A stretch of DNA of 63,884 nucleotides, counting the filler, from Choristocarpus tenellus KU-1152 (taxonomy: Eukaryota > Protista > Phaeophyceae): assembly GCA_964200185.2 (NCBI GenBank). It is 12 parts of 12 records of this genome, joined end to end, with 100 filler letters (N's around TTAATTAATTAA, not from the genome) between each part and the next. Parts side by side here need not be neighbours in the genome. Positions count along the whole stretch, not along the records: positions 16,366 to 30,283 come from CAXNAD020001323.1; positions 30,384 to 37,317 come from CAXNAD020007023.1; 10 more parts are not named here. The stretch is one strand, 5' to 3'. Below the pieces are notes generated by a model. It was not told where the DNA came from. It ran no database searches and saw only the letters and a list, made by a program, of their open reading frames with translations. Every line of letters begins with the position of its first letter. Positions within the stretch are counted from its first letter, which is position 1. A program made the translations under genes and the position numbers. This document shows, in pieces, positions 22,951 to 34,761 of this stretch.

Positions 22951-25900
22951 CTTCGGCTCCCATAGAGCAGCTCTGGGGCTCGATACCACCTGGTGGCAAC
23001 CTGGTGGCTGTACGACTGGCTCTGGGGCAGGTGGTGTGTCTGCTCCAGGGCAAGGGTTGGGGGTTCCAGAAACAATGTTGATACATACTTATAAAATTAG
23101 GCGTTCAGGAAGGATGTAGTGGGGGATTAGGGCTAGGGTTTCAAGCAGGTGGTGGGTAGGGGACTTCAGAATACACATCACACCTCCCATATCTTACAAC
23201 AAGACTCTTTAAAGTCTATATTGAAAATTTTGAACTTGAAATAGAAATATGTGAAGAAAATAAGAAAGTTTGGTATGGACCCTCTCCTACCACTATATGA
23301 ACCATTGTGTTGTAGGGTCAGTGTTAGTCACTTGAACATGAACAATAATAATTTAGGTTTCCTTTATCCATGGCCATGATAATCAACTGAGGAGACTTAC
23401 ATATGAAAAAGCATCTCTTACATCTCAATCAAAACACCTCGTAGAGGATAAAATAATACAGGTAAGGGTTTGGTGTTATCTGGGAGATGTAGTTATGACT
23501 AGAGATACTGGTTAGGGTTAGGGTTAGGAACAAGAGGTGCGAAAACAATACCAACAAATTTTGAAAAAAACTCCTGGTATTTAGTAGAAGTGCATGTAAC
23601 CAAAAGGTGAGAAGAGGGCAACAGGTGGTACTTTCTAGAACATACCATAATATTGAAAAATTGCATTAACCTCGTGGTACTTTCTAGAACATACCATAAT
23701 TTTGAAAAATTGCATTAACCTCGTGGTACTTTCTAGAACATACCATATTTTGTATCAGTCCCGGGCCATTAACCTCACCCTAACCCTAACCCATTGATGA
23801 AAAAAATTAAAAAAGAATGAATTGTACCTGAAACAGTCTTCTGTGAGCCAGAAATACTGGGAGAACAAACCTAAAATGCTTTTGCTGGGGTGGGATTGGG
23901 GTTCTGGTAGGGTTAGGGGTGAATGTTGTACACTCACTCGTGCTTGACCAAAGTCTGCAATCTTGAGAACCCCCCCCTTGCTAATGAGGAGGTTGGAAGG
24001 CTTCAGGTCTCGGTGCAGCAAGCCCTGAGATTGTTATATTTCCAAGGTTGAAAGTTGCAAGGATGAAGTGTTGGTGATCAAAACTTAGAGTTAGGGCTAA
24101 CTTGGACTGAGAAAGAAAAAAAGGTTAATGAATGACACCCGATGCATGGGTCACCACTTGAATGCTGTCTCATAGTCGAAAACTACTCCCTCAAAAGTCA
24201 CAAATAAGGCCATTCAGTGTGGTTTTTCTTGAGCAGTATTTAGCTAACTCTAACCCTAACCCTAACCCTAACCTGGTTTTATATTTGACATCAGGAGCAA
24301 GTACCCATACGTGGGTATAATAATTTCCACATCCAATGAGTTCTTCAATAAGCAAATTTCATGTTAATATAGATATTCAATACACCATTGAGGTACATTT
24401 AGCAAACTCAGAACAAAACTGTGCAAAAAAAAGCGATTTCGTATTTTACAGTTCCACTATATAGTGCTCTAAATTTAATCAATTTACGGTGTACTGAATA
24501 CTCATGAAACTGATAAAATTCGCCAATAGAATAATATGAACAATATGGATACCAATACACCCACGCATAGGTACTTGATCACTAATGCAAAATTGGAATA
24601 TGAAAGCATGAATCAAGCACAAGTAGTCATTGCGAAATTTGGTCCTTGCGTCTTGCGACCTGATGACCTAACCCTAACCTTACCCTAATGAAGGGCACAG
24701 ACCCTAAACCTAACCCTAGATGCACTCATATCTTGTCAGAAAACCTAACCCTAACTCTAAATCTGATCTACTGCCAATCCTTGCCTCAACTCTAGTCCAG
24801 ACCCCAATGCATACATCTTGTGTCACAGAATCTAACCCTAACCCTAACCCAGAACCAATCCCGAACCCTAACCCTAAAGATGACCTTGGAGTGTATGAAG
24901 GACAGCCCCCTGAGCATCATGCAAGCAAATGCTTTGACCACTGCTTCAGCCAGGGGGCAGGTAGTGTTCTCCAGCACCTATTGGAGCCAGGAACAGCATT
25001 TGTGATAATGTTAGATTTAGGTAGAGATTAGGTAATAGAAAAGGGTTAGGGTTAGGGTTAGGGTTAGACGAGAAGAATAAGCAGAGGCTGGAGGCTACTG
25101 GACTTGATGTAGGCAATCACCTTTCAAAAAAATGGATCCTCTATAATTAGGAGTGGGTTTAGAGCTCTGACAAGAGACTGTCAAGAATAAATGGGGCAAG
25201 AGGTTAGAAAAATGTTTTGTTATGCCAACACATCTGATACACATATGAATGAGGGAAGGAGTATTTCTCTCTAGATTTGGTTTAGCGCTATTTTCTGGCC
25301 AATGGGACATCTGCCAAGATCAAGTCAAGGACACACATAATGGGCTTAATCTCAGCAGCACTGAAGGGTGAGGGTTACAACTATCCCTGAGACTGAGCAA
25401 GGAGACAACCAACCCTAACCCTAATCCTCACTTATACAACAACTAGGGGTATAGGGTGCCCATAAATTGCATTATCCGTTCCCCTAGTGCGCTTCAATAC
25501 ATCCCATTGAATGTAATTGATCAGGACCCAAGTCCTAACACCCTGCCCTGACTGCAGTGTAATATCAACTTAAATGAAATATATATATAGGTATGGAATA
25601 GCAACCTCCAACCCCAAAAAAGAAATAAACCATACCTGCCCCAGATCTGAAGGCATATACTCCAGAACAAGAACAGCAGTAGAACCCTGTTAACAAGGAC
25701 ATGGCACCAGTCGAGAGGAGTTAGAGTACCAACACACAGTACAAATAGATAAGAGGGGAGCGTACACTAGACGTTAGCACTTGTCGTGGATAGTGCAAAA
25801 ATAAACACATACATAGTACTTGATATGGAAGCCAAAGGAAATACTAAAGTGCAAGCACACTGTACCAACACACATACATCCAAAATTCATCCACACAAAT

Positions 25901-27136
25901 ACATCCACACAAAAAAACTCATATACACACCCATAATGCAAAGGTGAGCTGGTTATGCTTCCAATCGTAGACCGTGTTGGAAGGAAGGGTTTAGTTTGAA
26001 GATATTAAGCAATGGACACAGAGGAGGGGTGAACTGGAAGAATATGTAGGAGGGTTTTAAGTGGTAGGTGTTTAAAATAAAAAGCTGTCTCGACATTACA
26101 GTTAGGGTTAGGGATATGTCATGTTCCAAATTCAGGAATAGGGTTGGCACTACAATTGTGGACCCTAACTCTGACCCTAACCCCAGAAACTGTTACTTCA
26201 ACCTCACACTGTGTTACGATAGATACATCGGTCAGGATTAGAGATAGGGTGGAGTTTTCGGTGTACGAGGTCAACCCAAAAGCGGATAATACTTGTGCAA
26301 TGCAACGCACCTCAGGGTACACGTCGAAGAGGTGCACAATGTTGGGATGGCCACCAAGCTGTTCCAGAGTCCTCATCTCCCGAAAGAACCCTCTCGCCAA
26401 GCCGCCCTCCCAACCCCTTCCCCCGCCCATGCAACTCACTTTTTTCAAGGCAACCAGACCAAGGGGAGAGTTTCTCCCCTCAGATGGATTATGACTGCTT
26501 CTCAATTTGCGACCAGGTATCATATATGTCCGTCCTATATCATCACTAGGACACTTCAACTCAAATATCCTCGGTATAGCATCCTGGTCCCTTAATTCCT
26601 CCCCCTGACTCGCTGGTCGCTTCAGACTTCGGATCCTTCGCAAATGCCTCGATGAGAGCTCTTCTCCTCCCTTCCTACCGCAATTTCCATTGGCTCTACC
26701 AAAATTCTCGAACTTGGCTTTATCAACCTGTGTTGGTGCCTGCTTGTCCAAGGCCAAGAGGACCTGGAAGACGCAGGGGTGGGAGGTGCGCCTGACTCTG
26801 TGACAATGCAAGGACGTGAATGGAAGGTTTTCATCTGGCTTGTAACTGCTGGTGAGCTTAGAGTAGAGCCGTCTTTGTACTTATCAGGTTGCTTAGTTTA
26901 CAGAACGGAGATGACACAGTACTGTTACCATGCCAAGGTCTTGACAAAGTCGAAGTATCGGACCAAAGTCAAGATGGAGCACAAATCCCTTTTTTTATTC
27001 CTCTCACCTCGCCAAAGGATCCTCTTCCCACAGCTTCCAGTACTCTGTACCGACCTGATCGATCCACATTGTAAGGCTCTGAGTATACAGGTGATAAGTT
27101 GGACTTGCCACTTGACCCAATCCCAGAGGAAATCAT
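22951..27136 (-). CDS. CDK20/CCRK (LF2)-like kinase; exons 27136-27008, 26763-26311, 25686-25636, 24977-24885, 24024-23938, 23039-22951; subdomains IX-XI not found
   Basis: GRGSFGE|[65 protein letters not shown] (CDK20-type activation loop); phase-0 GT-AG junctions; start codon uncertain. Confidence 0.85.
23625..23748 (+). repeat. 49-bp tandem repeat x2.5 (intronic)
   Basis: gtggtactttctagaacatacca at 23625, 23674 and 23723. Confidence 0.9.
24243..25066. repeat. Cluster of interstitial telomeric tracts in kinase introns (both orientations)
   Basis: CCCTAA tracts at ~24250, ~24668-24755 and ~24832-24877; (TTAGGG)n at ~25042-25066. Confidence 0.85.
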
Positions 27137-27699
27137 TGTACATATGGGGGGGAAATAGAGAATGGTCAAATAGAAAGAAGTTGCACCCTTAGACTTAGGA
27201 CTCCCGCCTCACCCAGCTAGCTCTCTGTAGTCAGAGGTACACAGCCCCCGACGTTTCTACCTCCTTTCTTGTTTGAAGGTATGTTGTGAAACAGTGGTAT
27301 TAGATTGTGTTGTTAGAATATAATATATAGTTCAAAAGGAGTTGTATTAACATTAGTGTTCAAAATTGTCTCGGGTTAAAGGCATGTCACTGCTCAATTT
27401 TGGATTTTGATGTTGTGAGTTGTATGTGTTTATAGGAAAAGAGTTCGGGTTGTAAAGAGGGGTGAACGGCATGATGGTATGATTGTAAAATATGTGTTAC
27501 TATATTTTATTATTATGAGCTAACATTTTAGAGATGTGTGGGGGTTAAAGGTATTGTGTCTTTGACCATTCTACATTTTCTTTCCTCACGAATTCTGGGT
27601 TATTATGTTACAAGGTCTAGTTCTATGTGTGGTGGGGGGTCAAGAGAACTCCCAGAAATGAGGTTTAGAAAGGAAATGAGAGACGAGACTGAGTCATGC

Positions 27700-28120
27700 T
27701 GGACGTATGTTGTAGTTGCTGCTGCAGCTGAGGCAGGAAAGCACACCCACTACGAGGTCTCTATTGACCCTCGTAGTTATAACGTCAACACCTTCTCGAT
27801 GGAAAGTCTTGGGCGCCTCAGGCAGCAAACAGAAAGTTTTGTGGATGAGCTACCTACACACGCAGTAGGGGGGAGAGGGAAAGGAGGCTACAGTAGGAAA
27901 GGGGTGGTCAAATCCCGCCTACGCCAGGTAGTCTCAGTCACAAGCAAGTAGCCTTATCTAGACGGGTCATGCGTTTTAAGGTGGAGTCACCAGGGAGATG
28001 GGCAATATTTCCCTAACTCCTAACCCTAACCCTAACCCTAACCCTAACCCTAGGGTGCAGGAATAGGTTTGGGACACAGGAAGGCAGTAGTACAACATAT
28101 ATAACTGGTGGTAAAATAGG
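27700..28120 (+). mobile_element. CRE-like LINE 3' fragment containing an internal (CCCTAA)n array
   Basis: AAAAEAGKH..FSMESLGRL..FVDELPTH..KGVVKSRLRQ aligns with the 3' end of the 4410-6295 element; telomeric array at ~28011-28052. Confidence 0.75.
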
Positions 28121-28474
28121 AAATAGTTTTTTTTTTCACTGTTGTGGCAACACATCTGGAAAATGTCTGAGGGCAAAATAAATATATATGTTTGCACCCT
28201 CAGAGTGCCTTGGTATATTGGTTGCAACCAGTCAGAACAGAAAACCCAATCTTGGACTTCGCTGATTTGAATCCACCATTCATCTCGGGATTGCCACCAG
28301 TCGGTCGTTTGTCTTTCCCGATCCCTGGCCTCAACAGAAAAATGTGGCGCGCGGAAATGTATATGACTGCGCGTATTATCCTCATCAGAGTCGGGTCCTT
28401 TGGGAGAAAATATATATATATATCCTTGTTTATTCAATTCAGAGAAAAAAATGAAAAAAGTAAGAAGGTGAACC

Positions 28475-28497
28475 TTAGGGTTAGGGTTAGGGTTAGG
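28475..28497 (+). repeat. Interstitial telomeric repeat (TTAGGG)~4
   Basis: ttagggttagggttagggttagg. Confidence 0.9.
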
Positions 28498-29611
28498 AAC
28501 CGCTAGTGGTGATCAAACCCTATGTCGCACTCTAGTTCAAAGTGTAAAAACCTATGTTTATGCGTGGAGAGTGTAAGGAGAAAAATGGTGTGAACCAGCC
28601 TATCTCCTACATACCCGCATGGATCTGGATGGATGAAGCTCAGTATCACCACGGCTTTGGTACATCAAGTCATCTTTTGGGGGGTGTTGTCGGGATAGCT
28701 TCAAGAGAGATAGGAAACCTCGTCTCTTACTGTCACCTTTAGTGCTTGGATAACCAAAAAATGTGACCACAAAAATATTTGTTGTGAGTATATGCGCACT
28801 TGCTTTTATTTGTGAATGTTTTAATATATGTTCTCATGGACAGAACCAAGCTGTGTTTGTGATTCTTGATAAGAGCTATTTTTCTACTCCACAAGCCCTG
28901 AGTAGTCTGATAGAAAAGGTCGAAATACCACCCGGACTGATCCACGGTATGGTCTTCAAGAATTTATTGGAATCGCTTCCGCCATCTTGGTAGGGAAAAA
29001 GAAATATCTTCTCTATCTGTGGAATCTGGTGGCAATTGACAGGCCGGAAACCCACTAGTATAGAGCAATTCATAGCACTTTCCAGGAGGGTTATCACAAG
29101 TATCAGAAGAGACTGTGCAGCTTGTACGCGGACGTCTGGTTGGCAGTAATTCAACTTCTTCAGCTGTTTTTTAAGGACAGGAATCTTTCTCTTATGAAAC
29201 GTTACTTGGTCAGTGACTCTTAAATTAGGGAGGTTCAACTTGTTTTCTTCCCCATAGGCTGCGATCATCTCTACACATTCAGGTATTTTAGTGGGTTTGT
29301 ACCATACATCACTGGCTGGTGAACATCCTTAAAGGTGAAGTCGATATAAATAATTGTGCAGAGTGGAGTGTTTCAAGAGATAAAAACGACTCATTACCAT
29401 CCATTGCAGTAGTATACCCCCCAAACCCTAGCTCTATCCCTAACCGTAACTCTCACCTGAGGTTCTGCCTAACCTTCCTCCAATGCTCTAGTCCACAGCC
29501 GTTTCAAACACAGTGAGCTCTGCCTCAAAGGCATCGCCTCTGAAACTGCAAACCCTGAAGCAGCTGGCGGTATGTCACTCTCAGTTCTCCCCACTATGCT
29601 CTGAGCCCCTA

Positions 29612-30090
29612 CTACCAGGGTTTATCCGGCGTAAGGCCCACCTCCTTGGTCTCGGTTGAGCTCGTATTCTCCTGCTCACCACCTACAGATGCACGTTGAC
29701 ATGCGTATGTAGCCATTTGATTTGACAATGACCTTATCTCGCCCTGCCCCTGGCCTTGACCCTGGCCCCGATCCTGAGCACTGCTTCCACCCCCTTCATC
29801 TGTACCCCCCTGGTCAACACGTCTTTTTGTATATGTGTCTGAAGTGATTTGATTGCACAATGGCATTGACTCTCTCTGGCCCTGCCCCTGGGCACTATCC
29901 TCTCTGCCGTCATCCTTCTGGCTGGTTCTATCTTCTGCCTGCCCACACCTTCCATCTGCGTATGTACCTAAGTTTGGAGTGATCGGATTGACCGACGAGC
30001 TTCTTGTTGAGGGTAGAGCGTCGATAAAGAACTGCAACAATGCAATCGCTTCCTTTGCAAGAACATCTGCAAGTCCCGCTGCAGCTCTTA
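29612..30090 (-). CDS. Possible internal exon of an unknown gene
   Basis: Helical-looking AAAGLADVLAKEAIALLQFFIDAL followed by low-complexity QG repeats and a candidate GAG|GTGGGC donor; no family recognised. Confidence 0.3.
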
Positions 30091-30283
30091 AGGGATATAA
30101 TAAGAGCAGCAAGGTGGTAACGAGGGTAGAAAGCCAGGAGTCAGGGTTAGGGTGATGCTTGTAATTTCTCGAAGATAAAGGGAGAGTGGGTCGAAGTATC
30201 AAGGGGGGGGGGGGGGGGTTTGTGAGGGGGCGGCCGTTTCGGTCAAACAACTCTTTTTTTTTTCTGACATTTCAAATTCGTCA

Positions 30284-30383
30284 NNNNNNNNNNNNNNNNN
30301 NNNNNNNNNNNNNNNNNNNNNNNNNNNTTAATTAATTAANNNNNNNNNNNNNNNNNNNNNNNNNNNNNNNNNNNNNNNNNNNN
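30284..30383. other. Artificial contig linker
   Basis: 44N-TTAATTAATTAA-44N. Confidence 0.98.
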
Positions 30384-30399
30384 CTCGACAGAGAGAGAG

Positions 30400-30709
30400 T
30401 GTTACAGGGGATATGTCTTGATGGCGGTTTCATAAACACCATTATGACCTTGAAGTCCTAGATTTTGATATATTTGTACTTCTTGACAATTTATTTATTA
30501 TTTAGTAATTATCAAGTGGTACATCCTTGCCAGTTCCTTTTTATACGAAGATTTTGATTATACTTACGAAGGAATAATCCAAGTGAGAGATCCAGCATAC
30601 TTGACGATTTGTGCATCAGGAGTCCTTTACGTGCATCAGCGTCATATATAGGCCTGTAGATTGGAGCTATACGTCCTGTGGAGGTGAGCTTCTGGAGCGT
30701 GCTGTAACA
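30400..30709 (-). mobile_element. Family C element (310 bp)
   Basis: TGTTACAG...CTGTAACA; TSD AGAG/AGAG; shares tcctgtggaggtgagc end block. Confidence 0.75.
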
Positions 30710-31068
30710 AGAGCTGAAGAATTCCTGCTCACCATCCAGGTCGCGACCATGCCTGTGCTTCATTGGTTTGAGCGTCCAGTTGCAGCACTCCACGACCTCC
30801 TCCTTCTCGTCTTGTGGACGAGCGGGAATCCTCAGCCGATATCCCTTGGGCCTGGCCTCCCAGTGGCATCAGACCAACTCAAATCCACCAGGGAGTGACC
30901 GCACCACAACGTCAATGTCGTCAGGTGACAACTCGGAGCTCATTGGGCGTCACAGTGTCCTGTGAGGGGCAGGTTACACCTCGGCGGTCATTGGGTGTTA
31001 CAGTGTCCTGTGATGGGCTTAAACAGTATTAAGCCGAAGCTCGCCGTCCACATACCGTTTCGGCGGTT

Positions 31069-31380
31069 ACCAATCTTGATTTTTTTGAAAAGGTTAGCCA
31101 ACAAGTTAAAAGCTATCAGCATATCGAATGAAAGCTCTTGATCTAATCTATCGATTTCCGCAAAGAAATTCTTGGGGAAAATATTTTTGTTCGTGATAAT
31201 TTATTCCGAAGCATTTCCAAGATTGTACCGAAATAATTCGGTTAAACTTTAACATTACCAAATCAACTTTAACCACAATTTTCTTTACGTAAATCGATAG
31301 CTTAGTTCAAGAGCTTTCACTCGATATGCTGATCGTCGATTAACTCGTTGGGCAACCTTTTCAAAAAAATCAAGATCGGT
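31069..31380. mobile_element. Foldback element with ~100-bp imperfect TIRs
   Basis: accaatcttgatttttttgaaaaggtt...atcagcatatcga.tgaaagctcttga mirrored by tcaagagctttca.tcgatatgctgat...aaccttttcaaaaaaatcaagatcggt. Confidence 0.75.
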
Positions 31381-31604
31381 CTGATCCTAGAAGCGACTGC
31401 CAACACGATAAACGTTTTGAAGATGAGGAGAGAACCACAAGTTATTCGTACACGTTTCGTAGACGATAAGTCTTACCAACAAATATTTGCATATGTTTTT
31501 AACAGGTACCGATATCTGAAATGCCTGCACTGACCACTGATATACAGAACAATATATCGGCAAATGTTTTCAACTTCTAATAGTTAAGGGAGTAACGACA
31601 AAGG

Positions 31605-31880
31605 TAGTTTTTCAGATGAGTTGCCTGTAGGTGTTGTGGTGGGGGGAGAGGGGTGAGAAGTTATACCAGAAAAGGAGCTATCAAATCCTGCTTACGACAA
31701 ATATTGTCCACCATTACACAAGTAGCTCTGTCGAGACATATCATGCATTTCAAGCTACAGACACAAAGCAGATGGGTAAGAAGGGTCAGATTGTCGGAAT
31801 ACTTCCCCAGCTGCTCAACCACTTATATAGGGCTAAGGTAGGTGAGAGGCATAGCAGCAGTGTACACATAACATAGTAAT
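31605..31880 (+). mobile_element. CRE-like LINE 3' fragment
   Basis: FSDELP..YTRKGAIKSCLRQILST.TQVALSRH.MHFKL matches the other two copies. Confidence 0.7.
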
Positions 31881-34579
31881 TTCCAACCTCTAAGGGAGTG
31901 TTGAGCTGCTATTTCAAATAGTAAATAGTCTTTGGGGGGTATCTTTCACATTTACCACAACTACTGTTACATTTTCAGGGGTCCTGGTGTTGTTGGTTTG
32001 GCTTCTTCCTGCTTTATCTTCAACATGTCAGAATGCACAGTTATATAGTGGTATATAGGGACCTCAACATAACATGTTAGAGATACCATGTTACCCAGCA
32101 CTATACTTGAGCTTTCACAATGTAATTAGTTCATGAAAGGAAGTAGTGAATATGGAGATTTAGGTAGGGACAGACGACCAATACACAATTATGTTCTCTG
32201 AACGTATAGGATCAAATCACTAATAAGTGTTTATAAAACCGTGAGTGATATCTACAATTTATGTGTATATAGATGGTAACCAACTTGGCAATATAGTCAG
32301 GATTTGTACGTCATTTGCCAATATCAAGTGGTACTTAGAACATGATTTATGGTACAAGATTATTGAGTATAAATTATTTTCATCTATCTTCACCACTTCT
32401 TCAATGCACACATACAAATTTGCTGATGATGTCGTAAGTCAGGGTCCAATCAGTCGTGGGTGGTGTTCAGAATCACGAGTTGTGCTAAAAATAACGAAGA
32501 AATGTGCGCGCAATGCACTTGTGTTTGCGCGCGGGTGTGAATCTAACCTGTCCATCACAATTTTAAAAAGTACTAATTTGTGAAATACAAACGACTTTTA
32601 TTTTATGGTTTGTATCACTTATTATCGCCATTTAAATGTACAACTAATATGGACTGTCCTAGAACTACTACCATATCAAACCTCTACATATTCTATAATT
32701 TATGTTCTTCATTCTTAATCGGACGTTCCGACATGTGGAGAACGTTGATGAGGCTCATAAAATAAAATATATGGAAAACTCTACATTATTTGAAGGGTTT
32801 CGCTGTTTTTGTCGAGTTTTAGTTATTTTCTATAGTCAGTAAACTAATACTAATGTTTGTGTTCGGTGTTTTGAATCGATGAAATATTTATAGACCACAA
32901 TGAACAAGCATACTTGTAAAAAAATTCCGAACACAGAACAGATCCCAACTTCTAACCCTGAAAGACTCCTTTACTTATTGTTGTTCTGAATGTGGAAAAT
33001 ATATGTGAGAAGTTAGTCTATTCGCAGTACGAATTATGCGCGTTTATAACCGTTCGACACCAGTGTTCTATTCGTGGAAATCCGTCTTCCACATCCATTT
33101 GCTCAAAACAAGGACAACGAATGGTACATCTCTAGTATCCTGTTTACAGCTATATATTATACCACAAAAACCTTCCACCAAGATCGAGGTGGTTCAATTA
33201 ACCCGTACTTGATTCTCACTAAATTGTATTAGAAGTAGCGGAGTGTGTACTGCCTGGTCTGACTAAGGGTCAGGAAAATTCCCAAGACTTGTATGAAGAT
33301 AATAATATTCAGCTAGTGTCAGCTCAACAATTTTGAACGAAATACAATGATCCTACACATAGGTAAAAAAGAGTAATTCGTTCCTGTTTGAAGACCTCTG
33401 TGAAAATATAACTTGAATCTAATTGTTTGTTCCTTCCTATTATTCGTTGTGGGAATGGTCTCTGTTCCCTCACCAACAATGAGTGTGAGCATATCTATAA
33501 ACCTGTGCAACACTGCTAACAAGCTTTGGTCACTGAGGGTACTGAGTCCAAACCAAGACAAACATTCTATATAATAAGGAGTACACGCCTGGATGAGTTA
33601 TTGCATTCAAAATGAACGTCATGGGTTATTGCACTGCTACCAGACATATTCGCAGCTGGAAAAAATAATACGAAGGGAGGGGTAAACTGTGCCAGACAGG
33701 TAGCGGAGATTGATCGCTGAGCGTTCTAACTTCAAACCGAGCAAATTTGTCCCAGGACTACTAACCTGCCCATTATTACCAGCACCAATAGTTGTGCGTA
33801 CCAAATAGTGGATACAAGGAAAGCTCTACATCAAGTGCAAGCAAAACCAAGGGTCCTTAGATGATTCTGCCTCTGAGTATCATTGTGGAAATTTGAGAGA
33901 TAATCCAGCTCACAGTTGTGTGACTCAAGGCACAACAGCGCAATTGGTGCTGCAGGTGTTTGCCATCTGTCATGGTCTTGTAGATTTATTTCTTGCTGTA
34001 TGCACCTTTCTTTTCTTTTCACCTTCTTGTTATCTGTACGATAGTGTGTCCTGACTTGTCTGTTTCAGAATGATGGGTGGAGAGGGGTGGCATAGACCTT
34101 CGATGTTGGTAATGGTACTGGTGTATACTGGAACCGATTGGTTGGTACACCCATTTAGATGGACATTCCCGTCTTAGTGTACTCGATTTTTATTTTTATA
34201 CCCCTTGTTACATTTTGTTCATGTTTGTTTCTGTCTGCGCATTTCTGCTTTTTTTTGCGTTTCATTGATGGATGTCGGTACTTGTATCTGATATCTTTGA
34301 AGATGAACTTGTTTTTATGCTCTCATTTTTGTAGCACCTTTGACCCCGAGTCTGAGTGTGCTGTATGTTGCTTCCTTCTCCATGATAACATCGGCTCATT
34401 TCCAGGCACTATCACGGCATAATGTGTCGAACTTACCAAAGTATCGCATTGCGAAAGAGAAAGAAGGAGGCGGCATCCTCTCTTAGTGGTGTCAACTTAA
34501 CAATAACAAGAATGTGAATCGATTATGAGAAGGGGGTGCTTTGACCCCTCAAGAAATGCCTCTTGCATTAAGTCATTTT

Positions 34580-34761
34580 GACCCAAAGTATCTAGGGGGG
34601 GGAGGGGGGGGTCTACCCCAGGTGTCCATTTGGGGCATAACCAGAAAAAGTGAACTTACATTATCCATCCGACGTATGCAACCAAATCACCCAAAAAATG
34701 CGACATGAAAAAAATTGGACCCAAATGAACAACCACCACCACCCCCCAGATACTTTGAGCC
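34580..34761 (+). mobile_element. MITE family B (~180 bp)
   Basis: GACCCAAAGTATCT(G)n...(C)nAGATACTTTGAGCC; TSD TTTT. Confidence 0.85.

Noticed and set aside
23625-23748. Tandem repeats here and at 53498-54152 as CRISPR arrays
   Set aside because: No unique spacers, eukaryotic intronic context, no cas genes
27538-27951. 137-aa ORF as a host gene divergent from the kinase
   Set aside because: It is the C-terminal fragment of the CRE-like LINE
28876-29268. 130-aa ORF
   Set aside because: No motif or consistent splice linkage found
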